This document shows positions 54,037-64,000 of a stretch of DNA of 64,000 nucleotides, piece after piece. The notes beneath the pieces were generated by a model. That model was not told the DNA's origin. It made no database searches and saw nothing but the letters and a program-made list of their open reading frames with translations. Position 1 is the first letter of the stretch. The number at the start of each line of letters is the position of its first letter. The DNA is taken from the sequence record NC_054931.1; one strand, written 5' to 3'. The stretch is from Escherichia phage T2. The translations under genes were made by a program, and so were the position numbers.

Positions 54037-57000
54037 ATGGCTACTTTAAAACAAATACAATTTAAAAGAAGCAAAACCGCAGGTGCACGTCCTGCTGCTT
54101 CAGTATTAGCCGAAGGTGAATTGGCTATAAACTTAAAAGATAGAACAATTTTTACTAAAGATGATTCAGGAAATATCATTGATTTAAGCATTTCTGCTGG
54201 TGGTAATATCAGTGGAAATATCACTCAAACTGGTGATTATACACAGACTGGAAAATTTAATTTAATTGGTCCGCAAATTGTAGCAAGCGGTGGATATATT
54301 GAGTTTAATTATCGTACTACTGGAAGTGGGGCTTGGTCCGGTCAACATACTGCGAAAGCTCCAATTTTTGTAGATTTAAGCTCAGCTACTTCCACATCTG
54401 AATATAATCCTATAATTAAACAGCGCTTTAAAGATGGAACTTTTTCATTAGGTACTTTAGTTTCTGAAGGTTCGTTGAAGATTCATTATATCAATGAATC
54501 TGGCGATTCGAAATATTGGACGTTTCGACGTGACGGCGGATTTACTGTTGACGGTGGAGGTTTAGGAGTATCAGGAGGTAGTATAACTACATCTGGAAAT
54601 ATTGCAGCTCTCGGAAATATTACTTCGCCTCAGATTAATACTAAAAATATTATTTTAGATACAAAAGCATTTGGACAATACGATTCGCAATCATTAGTTC
54701 AATATGTTTATCCTGGAACAGGTGAAGAAAATGGTATAAACTATCTTCGTAAAGTTCGAGCTAAATCAGGCGGAACCATTTACCATGAAATCGCTTCAGC
54801 TCAAACCGGTAAAAATGATGAAATTTCTTGGTGGACCGGAAATACACTTACTACTAAATTAATGGGTCTTCGTAATGATGGCGCAATGGTATTACGTCGT
54901 TCACTTGCTATTGGCACAATTACTGCTGACGAAAATACCAATAACTACGGCTCTCCTACTCCAATGGGAGAAAGATATATTGCTTTGGGCGATGCTGCCA
55001 CTGGTTTAAAATACATTAAGCAGGGCGTTTATGATTTAGTAGGTAATTGGAATTCTGTTGCTTCTATTACTCCTGATAGTTTCCGTAGTACTCGTAAAGC
55101 ATTATTTGGACGTTCAGAAGACCAAGGCGGAACCTGGACAATGCCTGGAACGAACGCTGCTCTCTTGTCTGTTCAAACTCAGGCAGATGTGAATAACGCA
55201 GGTGATGGACAAACTCATATCGGTTATAACTCCGGCGGGAAAATGTCCCACTATTTCCGCGGTAAAGGCCAAACTAATATTAATACTCAAAAAGGCATGG
55301 AAGTTAACCCTGGTATTTTAAAATTGGTAACTGACTCTAATAACGTACAGTTTTATGCTAATGGAACAGTATCTTCAATACAAAGAATTAAATTTGATAA
55401 CGGATTAGTTCTTACTGGTGCTAGACCCGACGGTATTCAACTTGACGCTCCTACAGCAGCAGATGGCACTAAAACTATACTGTGGGCTGGTGGTACTCGC
55501 GCAGGTCAGAATAAAAGTTATGTATCTATTAAAGCGTGGGGTAATTCATTTAACGCATCTGGCGATCGTGCTCGTGAAACGGTTTTTGAGGTAGGTGATG
55601 GGCAAGGTTTCCATTTTTATTCTCAACGTGTAGCTCCTGCGCCTGGTTCGACTGTCGGGCCTATTCAACTCCGAGTTAATGGTGGTTTATTAACTGCAGG
55701 TAGTATTGTTGCTTCTGGTTCTATTACAACTGAATCTTCTTTAAATGTTAATAATGGATTGTCTGTAAATGGACAAGCTAAATTTGGTGGAACAGCAAAC
55801 GCACTGAGAATTTGGAACGCTGAATACGGTGTTATTTTCCGTCGTTCTGAAAGTAACTTTTATATTATTCCAACCAATCAAAATGAAGGCGAAAGTGGAG
55901 ACATTCACAGCTCTTTAAGACCCGTGAGAATAGGATTAAACGATGGTGCGGTTGGATTAGGAAGAGATTCTTTTATAGTAGATCAAAATAATGCTTTAAC
56001 TACGATAAACAGTAACTCTCGCATTAATGCCAACTTTAGAATGCAATTGGGGCAGTCGACATATATTGATGCAGAATGTACTGATACTGTTCGACCAGCT
56101 GGTGCAGGTTCATTTGTCTCGCAAAATAATGAAAACGTTCGTGCTCCATTCTATATGAATATTAATCGTACAGATACAAGTACTTACGTTCCTATTTTAA
56201 AACAACGTTATGTTCAAGGAAATAGCTGTTATTCTTTAGGTACATTAATTAGTACGGGTGATTTTAGAATTCATTATCATGAAGGTGGTGATAATGGTTC
56301 AACAGGTCCACAAAAGGCGGATTTAGCATGGCAATTTAGACGTGATGGCTCGTTCCGTTCACCTAATAAAATTGAAATTAATGCCGTTACAATTGGTACT
56401 GATGGCAACATCACAGGTGGTACTGGTAATTTTGCCAACTTAAATACCACGTTAAATCGTAAAACGACTGTGGGAGGTTGGGCTGGTAGTTCCGTTGTTG
56501 GATGGTACAAATTTGCTACAGTAACAATTCCTCAGAGTACTGGCACAGTAACTTTTAAAATTTCCGGTGGAGCTGGTTTTAATTTTAAAAGCTATAACCA
56601 AGCTTCTATTGCTGAGATAGTTCTTCGCACAGGTAATAATCCTAAAGGCATAAACGCTGTACTATGGAACAGGTCAGACCTGAGTTTTAATCAGATAGCT
56701 ACTATGAATACATCTGATGATACTTATGATGTATACGTATTCTGTGAAGGTTATACAAACGCATTGATAGTTGAATATTCATGTAGTGAAAACTCTTCAG
56801 TAACTGTAGTCGGTCTTAACGGAGGCATTCAACCAGTTGTTGATGCATTGCCTGAGGGACATGTTGTAGGTAAAACAGTTCGTCTGTTAAATAATATTGG
56901 CGGAACTTTCGCAGCTGGCGAATCTGACATTGTTACTCGTGGTGAATACGTTGCTGATAATCAAAAAGGCATGCGTATTAAATCTAACGGTAATAATATC

Positions 57001-58062
57001 GGTTCTAATGCTGCTATACTTCGAAATGACGGCGGAAGTTTTTATATTTTAGCTACAGATAAAAATACAGCAGAAAAATCCGATGCAGCTAATGGTGATT
57101 GGAATGGCTTAAGACCTTTCGCCATTAATATGGCTGATGGTCGCGTTGGTATGAACCATGGTCTAAATATTACCGGCGGTGGCTTGAATGTTACTGGTGG
57201 CTTGAATGTTACTAGTGGTAATACTAGTTTAGGTAATATTTCGTCTCGTGTGGTGGCTCGTTGGCGAGGAGCGTCCGGTTGGGCTGATAACTCGGATACA
57301 ATGAAATCTAAAATCACCTTTATGGCAGACCATGGGGATTTATCTAATTCAGACAGTTATTATCCTATTGTAGGCGCATACAGCAACTATGGTTCAGCGG
57401 GTTATCGTCAAACCTTTGAGTTCGGATGGGTCGGTTCCGGCACTACAGCGGGTTGGCGCGATGGTATTATTCGTATTCGCGGAGATAATGCTAATGGCCA
57501 GCAAGCAAGATGGCGCTTTACAATGGACGGTACTTTAGATTGCCCTGGTAAAGTACTGCTACCACAAACAGGTGCCTTTGGTGTCAATACATCAAATGGT
57601 CTCGGTGGAAATAGTATAACATTTGGTGATAGCGATACTGGTATTAAGCAAAATGGCGATGGATTATTAGACATATATGCGAACAGCGTACAAGTATTCC
57701 GTTTCCAAAACGGTGATTTGTACTCATACAAAAATATAAATGCTCCAAACGTTTATATTCGTTCTGATATTCGTTTAAAATCCAACTTCAAACCTATCGA
57801 AAATGCGCTTGATAAAGTTGAAAAACTTAACGGTGTCATTTACGATAAAGCTGAATACATCGGTGGAGAGGCAATTGAAACTGAAGCGGGTATTGTGGCT
57901 CAAACGTTACAAGACGTTTTACCAGAAGCTGTCCGTGAAACAGAAGACAGCAAGGGTAATAAAATACTCACTGTTTCTTCTCAAGCCCAGATTGCTCTTC
58001 TAGTTGAAGCTGTGAAAACACTTTCTGCTCGTGTAAAAGAACTTGAATCTAAACTTATGTAA
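54037..58062 (+). CDS. 37: long tail fibre distal subunit with C-terminal chaperone/autoprotease-like domain
   Basis: 1341 aa ORF; C-terminus has SDIRLK and GIVAQTL motifs followed by a coiled-coil-like tail. Confidence 0.9.
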   Translation: MATLKQIQFKRSKTAGARPAASVLAEGELAINLKDRTIFTKDDSGNIIDLSISAGGNISGNITQTGDYTQTGKFNLIGPQIVASGGYIEFNYRTTGSGAWSGQHTAKAPIFVDLSSATSTSEYNPIIKQRFKDGTFSLGTLVSEGSLKIHYINESGDSKYWTFRRDGGFTVDGGGLGVSGGSITTSGNIAALGNITSPQINTKNIILDTKAFGQYDSQSLVQYVYPGTGEENGINYLRKVRAKSGGTIYHEIASAQTGKNDEISWWTGNTLTTKLMGLRNDGAMVLRRSLAIGTITADENTNNYGSPTPMGERYIALGDAATGLKYIKQGVYDLVGNWNSVASITPDSFRSTRKALFGRSEDQGGTWTMPGTNAALLSVQTQADVNNAGDGQTHIGYNSGGKMSHYFRGKGQTNINTQKGMEVNPGILKLVTDSNNVQFYANGTVSSIQRIKFDNGLVLTGARPDGIQLDAPTAADGTKTILWAGGTRAGQNKSYVSIKAWGNSFNASGDRARETVFEVGDGQGFHFYSQRVAPAPGSTVGPIQLRVNGGLLTAGSIVASGSITTESSLNVNNGLSVNGQAKFGGTANALRIWNAEYGVIFRRSESNFYIIPTNQNEGESGDIHSSLRPVRIGLNDGAVGLGRDSFIVDQNNALTTINSNSRINANFRMQLGQSTYIDAECTDTVRPAGAGSFVSQNNENVRAPFYMNINRTDTSTYVPILKQRYVQGNSCYSLGTLISTGDFRIHYHEGGDNGSTGPQKADLAWQFRRDGSFRSPNKIEINAVTIGTDGNITGGTGNFANLNTTLNRKTTVGGWAGSSVVGWYKFATVTIPQSTGTVTFKISGGAGFNFKSYNQASIAEIVLRTGNNPKGINAVLWNRSDLSFNQIATMNTSDDTYDVYVFCEGYTNALIVEYSCSENSSVTVVGLNGGIQPVVDALPEGHVVGKTVRLLNNIGGTFAAGESDIVTRGEYVADNQKGMRIKSNGNNIGSNAAILRNDGGSFYILATDKNTAEKSDAANGDWNGLRPFAINMADGRVGMNHGLNITGGGLNVTGGLNVTSGNTSLGNISSRVVARWRGASGWADNSDTMKSKITFMADHGDLSNSDSYYPIVGAYSNYGSAGYRQTFEFGWVGSGTTAGWRDGIIRIRGDNANGQQARWRFTMDGTLDCPGKVLLPQTGAFGVNTSNGLGGNSITFGDSDTGIKQNGDGLLDIYANSVQVFRFQNGDLYSYKNINAPNVYIRSDIRLKSNFKPIENALDKVEKLNGVIYDKAEYIGGEAIETEAGIVAQTLQDVLPEAVRETEDSKGNKILTVSSQAQIALLVEAVKTLSARVKELESKLM

Positions 58063-58090
58063 AAGAGGGCTTCGGCCCTCTAAGGATTTT
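58063..58090 (+). terminator. hairpin after gene 37
   Basis: GAGGGC-TTCG-GCCCTC hairpin. Confidence 0.45.
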
Positions 58091-58092
58091 TA

Positions 58093-58881
58093 ATGGCAAT
58101 TGTAGGTGTTCCTGGCTGGATTGGAGAATCTGCCGTGAATGAAACTGGACAACGCTGGATGGATGCTGCGATGAGAGCTGTTCATGTTTCAGTTCCCGGC
58201 TGGATGAGCTCAATGGCAGGACAATCAAAAGAAATTTATCTATCTATAGGGGCTAACCATAATTATGATAGAAACTCCCTTATTAACTGGATGAGGGCTC
58301 AAGGTGGTGCGCCCGTGGTTATTACAATCACTGGTGACTTAGTATCAAACAGCACAGGTAACGCTTGTTTGGAATTTCCTAGTGACCTTCCTAACGCGTA
58401 TATTCAACTTATCATTAATAGCGGTGTGACTGTTTATGGCCGAGGAGGTAATGGTTCTACTAATAGTTCGGCAGGTGGAAACGGTGGTACAGCTATCCAT
58501 AATGCAGCCGGAACTAAACTCCGTATTCGTAATAACGGCGCTATTGCCGGTGGTGGCGGTGGTGGCGGTGCCGCATCATTGAAAAATAGCTATCCAACTA
58601 ATGGTAGCTGCGGTGGTGGCGGCGGTAGACCATTTGGCGTAGGTGGCAAAATAGGCTCTGACTCTATATTGTCCGGTTCGAATGCGTCTTTAACAGATGC
58701 CGGTACAGGTGGTACTACATTCCAATACGGCGCAGGTAACGGCGGTAACGTTGGAGCTGGCGGTGGACGAGGATGGGGCAAAAATGTTTATACTTCAGAG
58801 GGTGGCGCAGCTGGTGCTGCTGTCACAGGCAATGCTCCTAACTGGCAAAACGTAGGAACTATTTACGGCTCAAGAGTCTAA
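58093..58881 (+). CDS. 38: receptor-recognising adhesin, T2-type gp38 with glycine-rich motifs
   Basis: 262 aa ORF; Gly-rich blocks (GGGGGGAASL, CGGGGGRPFGVGGK, GAGNGGNVGAGGGRGWG) separated by variable segments. Confidence 0.85.
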   Translation: MAIVGVPGWIGESAVNETGQRWMDAAMRAVHVSVPGWMSSMAGQSKEIYLSIGANHNYDRNSLINWMRAQGGAPVVITITGDLVSNSTGNACLEFPSDLPNAYIQLIINSGVTVYGRGGNGSTNSSAGGNGGTAIHNAAGTKLRIRNNGAIAGGGGGGGAASLKNSYPTNGSCGGGGGRPFGVGGKIGSDSILSGSNASLTDAGTGGTTFQYGAGNGGNVGAGGGRGWGKNVYTSEGGAAGAAVTGNAPNWQNVGTIYGSRV

Positions 58882-58912
58882 TTTTTGAATAAATATCTTA
58901 AAAGGAGGGTCT

Positions 58913-59569
58913 ATGGCAGCACCTAGAATATCATTTTCGCCCTCTGATATTCTGTTTGGTGTTCTAGATCGCTTGTTCAAAGATAACGCTACCGGGAAGG
59001 TTCTTGCTTCCCGGGTAGCTGTCGTAATTCTTTTGTTTATAATGGCGATTGTTTGGTATAGGGGAGATAGTTTCTTTGAGTACTATAAGCAATCAAAGTA
59101 TGAAACATACAGTGAAATTATTGAAAAGGAAAGAACTGCACGCTTTGAATCTGTCATCCTGGAACAACTCCAGATAGTTCATATATCATCTGAGGCAGAC
59201 TTTAGTGCGGTGTATTCTTTCCGCCCTAAAAACTTAAACTATTTTGTTGATATTATAGCATACGAAGGAAAATTACCTTCAACGATAAGTGAAAAATCAC
59301 TTGGAGGATATCCTGTTGATAAAACTATGGATGAATATGCAGTTCATTTAAATGGACGTCATTATTATTCCAGCTCAAAATTTGCTTTTTTGCCAACTAA
59401 AAAGCCTACTCCCGAAATAAACTACATGTACAGTTGTCCATATTTTAATTTGGATAATATCTATGCTGGAACAATAACCATGTACTGGTATAGAAATGAT
59501 CATATAAGTAATGACCGCCTTGAATCAATATGTTCTCAGGCGGCCAGAATATTAGGAAGGGCTAAATAA
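58913..59569 (+). CDS. t: holin
   Basis: 218 aa ORF; N-terminal transmembrane segment and large C-terminal domain as in T4 T. Confidence 0.95.
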   Translation: MAAPRISFSPSDILFGVLDRLFKDNATGKVLASRVAVVILLFIMAIVWYRGDSFFEYYKQSKYETYSEIIEKERTARFESVILEQLQIVHISSEADFSAVYSFRPKNLNYFVDIIAYEGKLPSTISEKSLGGYPVDKTMDEYAVHLNGRHYYSSSKFAFLPTKKPTPEINYMYSCPYFNLDNIYAGTITMYWYRNDHISNDRLESICSQAARILGRAK

Positions 59570-59842
59570 TTATTTGTTTGTATACATCTCTAGATATCGA
59601 TATACACCCTCAAAACCCTCGTTGAATTCGTCGATGAGGGTTTTCTTATCTTCTTGAGTTAATTCAGAAACAATTTTACGGAATGAATTCTGATTTAACT
59701 TTCTACCTTCATGCGTTACTCCAATCTCATTCAGAAATGCAATAAAATTAGCACGATTCTCAACAATATCTTCTCTGGAAAATTTAATCAAAATAGACGC
59801 AACAGTAATAATTTCACGAACTGTATCAATATTTTTATTCAT
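59570..59842 (-). CDS. asiA: anti-sigma-70 factor
   Basis: 90 aa ORF, sequence as T4 AsiA. Confidence 0.95.
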   Translation of the reverse strand: MNKNIDTVREIITVASILIKFSREDIVENRANFIAFLNEIGVTHEGRKLNQNSFRKIVSELTQEDKKTLIDEFNEGFEGVYRYLEMYTNK

Positions 59843-59858
59843 TAACTATACCACTCAA

Positions 59859-60005
59859 TTAGTTGACTTTGTTAATATCATCAGACGCTTGATTTGTAAA
59901 CTGGTCTGTGTTATTTTCTTCAAAAATTTTTTCTACGAATTCCTTGAACGACTCACGTTCCTGAGCTACATTGTGCTCGATTACATTTTCAAGATTATGA
60001 CTCAT
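59859..60005 (-). CDS. small acidic protein (about 48 aa)
   Basis: Hand-translated ORF whose ATG overlaps the arn stop (ATGA); coordinates approximate. Confidence 0.35.
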   Translation of the reverse strand: MSHNLENVIEHNVAQERESFKEFVEKIFEENNTDQFTNQASDDINKVN

Positions 60006-60280
60006 TCGAAATAATCTTCAATTTCGTAATCATGGACATAAAACATTATAGTTTTTAATACATCATCAATACTTTTTCCTGGAGCTGGAATTACGTAAAA
60101 ATACCCTGCTTTTGAGAGGTCTTTATAAGTTCCAATCAAGAAATCATTATTCTCAAGATGTAACTCTTCAACTAATTCATTAACAATTGAGTGGTATAAA
60201 TTTGGTAGAAACTTATATAGCTTTTCTAGAATATCAATTTTGATTGTGTATTGAACCACAGATTGAGAATCAATAATCAT
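60002..60280 (-). CDS. arn: anti-restriction nuclease (McrBC inhibitor in T4)
   Basis: 92 aa acidic ORF, size and position as T4 Arn. Confidence 0.75.
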   Translation of the reverse strand: MIIDSQSVVQYTIKIDILEKLYKFLPNLYHSIVNELVEELHLENNDFLIGTYKDLSKAGYFYVIPAPGKSIDDVLKTIMFYVHDYEIEDYFE

Positions 60281-60363
60281 AGACCTTCCCCTTATGTTTC
60301 TGTTTGCGATTAGATTCTTTAAACGCTTTCTTCTTATCCTTATGAACAGAAGCTTTATTAAAA

Positions 60364-60582
60364 TTATGTTTTGCGACTAAATTGTTCATAGTGCTGAATT
60401 ACCTCTCTCAAACATTTGCATGTGAATGAAAACTTTTTAGCTACACCACATTCAAATATATGTTCTCTTAAATCACGTGTATCGGTATATCCCATCTCAA
60501 CGATAAAATGCCGTATTAGATTTTTATCTTTATCATTGAGAGAATTAAAATAATCGGATTTTGAATTAATTTCCCTGGCCAA
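60364..60582 (-). CDS. hypothetical protein
   Basis: 72 aa ORF. Confidence 0.5.
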   Translation of the reverse strand: MAREINSKSDYFNSLNDKDKNLIRHFIVEMGYTDTRDLREHIFECGVAKKFSFTCKCLREVIQHYEQFSRKT

Positions 60583-60862
60583 ATTGAATCACCTTCAGTT
60601 GACGTTTTAATTCTTTTATCATCTCTTCGTTCATCGCAATATAAAGATCGCGTAAAGCAGGTTTTAACATTCCATTTACTGGAGAACTAAATGGACATAC
60701 ATAATCTTTTCCTACGAGCTTTTTAGTGAATTCAATATTACAGAACTGAAATGCCGGCTCATTGGTATAAATTCCCCAATTAGTTGACATCATTTTATTG
60801 GCATATTCCAGTGCCTGGATTTGATTCATAATTCCATCAATTTGAAACTGTTTAATATTCAT
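60566..60862 (-). CDS. hypothetical protein
   Basis: 98 aa ORF. Confidence 0.5.
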   Translation of the reverse strand: MNIKQFQIDGIMNQIQALEYANKMMSTNWGIYTNEPAFQFCNIEFTKKLVGKDYVCPFSSPVNGMLKPALRDLYIAMNEEMIKELKRQLKVIQFGQGN

Positions 60863-61323
60863 TAGTAAAGGTCCTCAGAGTAAAGTTCTTTTTCACTACC
60901 ACCACGTTCAATACGTACTTGTCCAGCGTAAGTTGCAATAATCATTGCTTCTTCACGTGTCCAATAATTACTATATTGGTCAATAAACCCTTGGTCATCA
61001 TCACAAACTTGTTGAGTAACTAATTGAGGTTTAACTACATCTAAAACTTCTGCCATATCTTTAGAATAATGACGAGCACCTGGAATAATAAGAGTTCGTC
61101 CATCTTTTAATTTAAAACGATTAGCTGCACAGACAATTCGTCGTTGATACTTTTGGTTTTCATCCCAATATGCAGTCTGCCAACAGATTTCAGGAACTTC
61201 TTTCAGAATATCTTCTTCTGTGCATTTATAACCATGCGCTTTAAATTTTTCAACAAGACTTTCTGGAGTTTCACGAGATAAAGGAACATTCAGCATTTTT
61301 AAACGATTAATAAATGGGTTCAT
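60862..61323 (-). CDS. hypothetical protein
   Basis: 153 aa ORF. Confidence 0.55.
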   Translation of the reverse strand: MNPFINRLKMLNVPLSRETPESLVEKFKAHGYKCTEEDILKEVPEICWQTAYWDENQKYQRRIVCAANRFKLKDGRTLIIPGARHYSKDMAEVLDVVKPQLVTQQVCDDDQGFIDQYSNYWTREEAMIIATYAGQVRIERGGSEKELYSEDLY

Positions 61324-61631
61324 TTAAACCATCCTTTAATACGTTGCCACAAAGTTTTCTGCTGAGCTTTGTTGACACCAATTGAACGAATAACTGGTTG
61401 AGATTCCTGGAATTCTTTATAATCGGCAAGGTAAATTTCGTAAGCTGCATCCGTAAATGAACTTATCGCTGCCATAAAATTATTGCGAATACCTACTGGA
61501 GCATCTTTACTTTCACGAATAATCATGTATTTACCAGTCTTAATCTTTACAATAGTTCCAAGATAAGCTATGGTACCAAATATCCCAACCCTCTTGAGTA
61601 GGTTCTGCACAACGACGAAGTTCATTAACAA
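61320..61631 (-). CDS. hypothetical protein (start uncertain, possible frame break)
   Basis: 103 aa track ORF with a non-ATG start; a 35 aa ORF with a strong RBS overlaps its 5' end in another frame. Confidence 0.4.
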   Translation of the reverse strand: MLMNFVVVQNLLKRVGIFGTIAYLGTIVKIKTGKYMIIRESKDAPVGIRNNFMAAISSFTDAAYEIYLADYKEFQESQPVIRSIGVNKAQQKTLWQRIKGWFK

Positions 61632-61657
61632 TTTCTAACTTGTTCATTATTTATTCC

Positions 61658-62293
61658 TCACAGTTCAGATGCTACAGTGATTACAGCTTCAATGTTTTCT
61701 GCCGAGCGTTTAATGTCAAGATACACATTACCGTTTTTAGCGATTTTACATGACATTCCGATGTCAGTAAATTTCTGAATATGATGTTCCATCATTTTAT
61801 ATCCAAAAATTCGCATATTTCCATTGTTGTTAATTTCAAAATTACGAATTCCGTGAGTGCGTTTTTCTAAAATAGCGAGATAGTTACTGCGATAAGTTTC
61901 AACCTTTTTAAGAACAAATCCATTTTCATCTAAAAGTTTTAACATGAGGTCTTTATCTTCTTCCATATCGGAAGTAATCTCACGAGCTTTACGAGTTGCT
62001 CGTTTTTTCAGCAGTTCCGGAGCATTTTCTTGTGCGTATAAAGTTGCTGCATTTGAAATAATATCCTGAGCTTCACCAGTAATGATTAATCCATCACCAG
62101 ATTTCTCCACCAGGCCTTTTTTAATCAATACCCCAATATTACTATTAACTACTGCGTTACCTAAATCTGGATGCACCTCACGAACTTCTGCAGCTGTAAT
62201 GAAATCTTTCTTAGCAATGGTAATTAAAATCGCAGCAGTTTTTTCATTCAGAACATCGTTAGAAGCTTTGATGATGTAAGTTACTTTAGACAT
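61658..62293 (-). CDS. motA: middle-transcription activator
   Basis: 211 aa ORF, size and sequence as T4 MotA; early promoter upstream. Confidence 0.95.
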   Translation of the reverse strand: MSKVTYIIKASNDVLNEKTAAILITIAKKDFITAAEVREVHPDLGNAVVNSNIGVLIKKGLVEKSGDGLIITGEAQDIISNAATLYAQENAPELLKKRATRKAREITSDMEEDKDLMLKLLDENGFVLKKVETYRSNYLAILEKRTHGIRNFEINNNGNMRIFGYKMMEHHIQKFTDIGMSCKIAKNGNVYLDIKRSAENIEAVITVASEL

Positions 62294-62329
62294 TTTCTAA
62301 TCTCCGTAATTCTGTATCAGTAGTTGATA

Positions 62330-62395
62330 GTTGTATAATACCACAGTATGCTTTGGTTGTAAACCGTTTTGTGAAAAAAATTTTAAAATAAAAAA
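62330..62395 (-). promoter_or_regulatory. early promoter with A/T-rich UP element (upstream of motA)
   Basis: Minus strand reads AAAATTTTTTTCACAAAACGGTTTACA, 17 nt spacer, TATTAT; matches the T4 early promoter consensus. Confidence 0.6.
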
Positions 62396-62418
62396 AGGGA
62401 GAGCCTCGGCTCTCCCTA
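62388..62418 (-). terminator. hairpin terminator after the small membrane ORF, before the motA promoter
   Basis: GGGAGAGCC-TCGG-CTCTCCC followed by a T-run on the minus strand. Confidence 0.6.
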
Positions 62419-62421
62419 AAA

Positions 62422-62571
62422 TTACTGCATGACTGTGATAACTGTCATGATAACACGTTGAATTCCGAACGCAAGAAGACCTCCTGCTACGGCTGGAACA
62501 ACGCCTAAACCCGCCAGTAAAATGCTACCGGATACTAATGCAGCGCTTGTAATACCTATGAATGGACTCAT
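62422..62571 (-). CDS. small hydrophobic membrane protein (about 49 aa)
   Basis: Hand-translated MSPFIGITSAALVSGSILLAGLGVVPAVAGGLLAFGIQRVIMTVITVMQ; ATG overlaps the gene 52 stop; coordinates approximate. Confidence 0.4.
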   Translation of the reverse strand: MSPFIGITSAALVSGSILLAGLGVVPAVAGGLLAFGIQRVIMTVITVMQ

Positions 62572-63896
62572 TTGATTTCCTCTAAATCTTTGGTGTATTC
62601 GGTAACTACATCAGTAGTTTTCCAATATTCGTTTTCTTCTTTTTTAGCTTTAGCTTCTTCAGCAAGTTTCTTCGCTTCATCGGAAGTCATATGAAAAATA
62701 TTCATTCCAACTAGTTTATCAACATAAGAAGAATACATATCGATTTTCGAAAGTTCTTCGGTCAGTTCTTTACGAGTTTTACCCTGTACAACAATTTCAC
62801 CTGAAATTACTTTCTTAATGAAATGTGCTTTGGCAAAGGCTAAACGAAAAGCTGACTCAGTTTCTTTAATTTTGTTATCAATTCGTTTTTGGACATAAGT
62901 TTTACGAACTTCAACAAAGTCTTTAATTAAATCAACTACGTTATCGTAAACTTGCAGCTTTCCTTTCTCATTAATAACCGTAATATTCTGGGAACGACGT
63001 TCAATCAGTCCGAAGTCTTTCATAATTTTTGCATGGCGTTCTTCTTCGTTATCGCTCAAAGAATATTCTTTACGGAATTTAACTTTGAATCCAAAACCAT
63101 GCTCACCACAAGCATCATCCCATGTAATGAAGCCTTTATCTTCAAGTGGGTCTAAAATTTTACTCACGTAAGTTTCACGATCATACTTATACGGAATCTC
63201 AGTGATATGCATTTGAGTTCGTGAAGTAAACTTATATGTTCCGCGAATTTCATATTGACCATCAATCTCAACGACTTCACCACGAAATTCTGGGAATTCT
63301 ACCTTCGGTTTAGTTACTTTCTTTCCTTGAAGAGCTTGCAGTACAGCTTTCTTGACAGAAGAAACACTATGAGGAAGAATGTAAGTTGCATAACCAGTTG
63401 CAATACCGGAAACGCCATTAAGAAGAACAGTAGGAATAATAGGCAAATAGAAAGCAGGCGGAATGTGTTCTTTATCTTGATGTACCGGAGCATATTCAGT
63501 ATCTTTATATACGTTATAGAAATTTTTACTTACACGAGCAAAAATATAACGACTTGCCGCTGCTTTTTGAACGGTACGAGAACCGAAGTTTCCTTGACCA
63601 TCTAACAGAGGAAAGTTATTATTCCAAGTGTTAGCCATCAAAGCTCCCGCATCTTGCGCAGAGTTTTCTCCATGGTGATATCCAAGGTCCGCTACACCAC
63701 CTGCAATAGAAGCGAGTTTGTGAAACTTATCTTTATTCCCTCGTGCCAAATCAAGAGCTCGAGCAATAACAAATCGTTGAACCGGCTTAAATCCATCAAT
63801 CATATTTGGGATAGCACGATTTTCAACCGTGTACATAGCATAAGCCAATGCTTCATTATCAATGATACTTTTTAAATCGCGATTATTCAGTTGCAT
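62568..63896 (-). CDS. 52: DNA topoisomerase II medium subunit
   Basis: 442 aa ORF, size and position as T4 gp52. Confidence 0.95.
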   Translation of the reverse strand: MQLNNRDLKSIIDNEALAYAMYTVENRAIPNMIDGFKPVQRFVIARALDLARGNKDKFHKLASIAGGVADLGYHHGENSAQDAGALMANTWNNNFPLLDGQGNFGSRTVQKAAASRYIFARVSKNFYNVYKDTEYAPVHQDKEHIPPAFYLPIIPTVLLNGVSGIATGYATYILPHSVSSVKKAVLQALQGKKVTKPKVEFPEFRGEVVEIDGQYEIRGTYKFTSRTQMHITEIPYKYDRETYVSKILDPLEDKGFITWDDACGEHGFGFKVKFRKEYSLSDNEEERHAKIMKDFGLIERRSQNITVINEKGKLQVYDNVVDLIKDFVEVRKTYVQKRIDNKIKETESAFRLAFAKAHFIKKVISGEIVVQGKTRKELTEELSKIDMYSSYVDKLVGMNIFHMTSDEAKKLAEEAKAKKEENEYWKTTDVVTEYTKDLEEIK

Positions 63897-63904
63897 AAAT
63901 TTAC

Positions 63905-64000
63905 CATACTAGTGAATGTAGTGCCATAATAACATCAGAAATGAAAAGCACGACTTGAATTAATCCGAACATTATTCCGTAATATAACGCTATCAATAAA
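63905..64000 (-). CDS. partial ORF, hydrophobic C-terminus (5' end outside window)
   Basis: Open frame from the window end encoding ...GIMFGLIQVVLFISDVIMALHSLVW; frame choice uncertain. Confidence 0.25.

Noticed and set aside
58590-58781. 63-aa Pro-rich minus-strand ORF
   Set aside because: Antisense reading of the GGN-rich glycine motifs of gp38.
62422-62571. Possibility that the small hydrophobic ORF is the T4 ac or stp gene
   Set aside because: Position (between 52 and motA) and sequence do not match what I recall of those genes, so no gene symbol is assigned.

Overview
This window is a contiguous block of a T4-like (T-even, Tequatrovirus-type) coliphage genome, in the same gene order and orientation as T4 from the 3' end of tail sheath gene 18 to topoisomerase gene 52. 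It holds the late structural genes on the + strand (tail tube 19, portal 20, prohead core 67/68, protease 21, scaffold 22, major capsid 23, vertex 24, baseplate hub 51/27/28/29/48/54, long tail fibre 34-37, adhesin 38, holin t) and early/middle genes mostly on the - strand (uvsY, 25/26, two Alt-type ADP-ribosyltransferases, DNA ligase 30, rIII, 31, cd, pseT, spanins, alc, rnlA, denA, nrdB, nrdA, td, frd, 32, 59, 33, dsbA, rnh, asiA, arn, motA, 52). Differences from what I remember of T4: td and nrdB are uninterrupted (no group I introns), no seg homing-endonuclease genes sit at the 23/24 or inh/uvsW junctions, gp37 is long (1341 aa) with a C-terminal chaperone/autoprotease-like domain, gp38 is the glycine-rich T2-type adhesin, there is an extra ORF between frd and td, and hoc and rnlB are both frameshifted. 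No tRNA, rRNA, CRISPR array, integrase or transposase was recognised. I found no single clearly novel multi-gene system; the best candidates for follow-up are the frd-td insertion ORF, the tandem Alt paralogs, the localised frameshift block and the asiA-motA small-ORF island. Coordinates taken from the supplied ORF track are exact; those I derived by hand (promoters, terminators, ORFs under 60 aa, pseudogene limits) may be off by a few nucleotides. All homology statements rest on recollection of T4 proteins, not on a database search.
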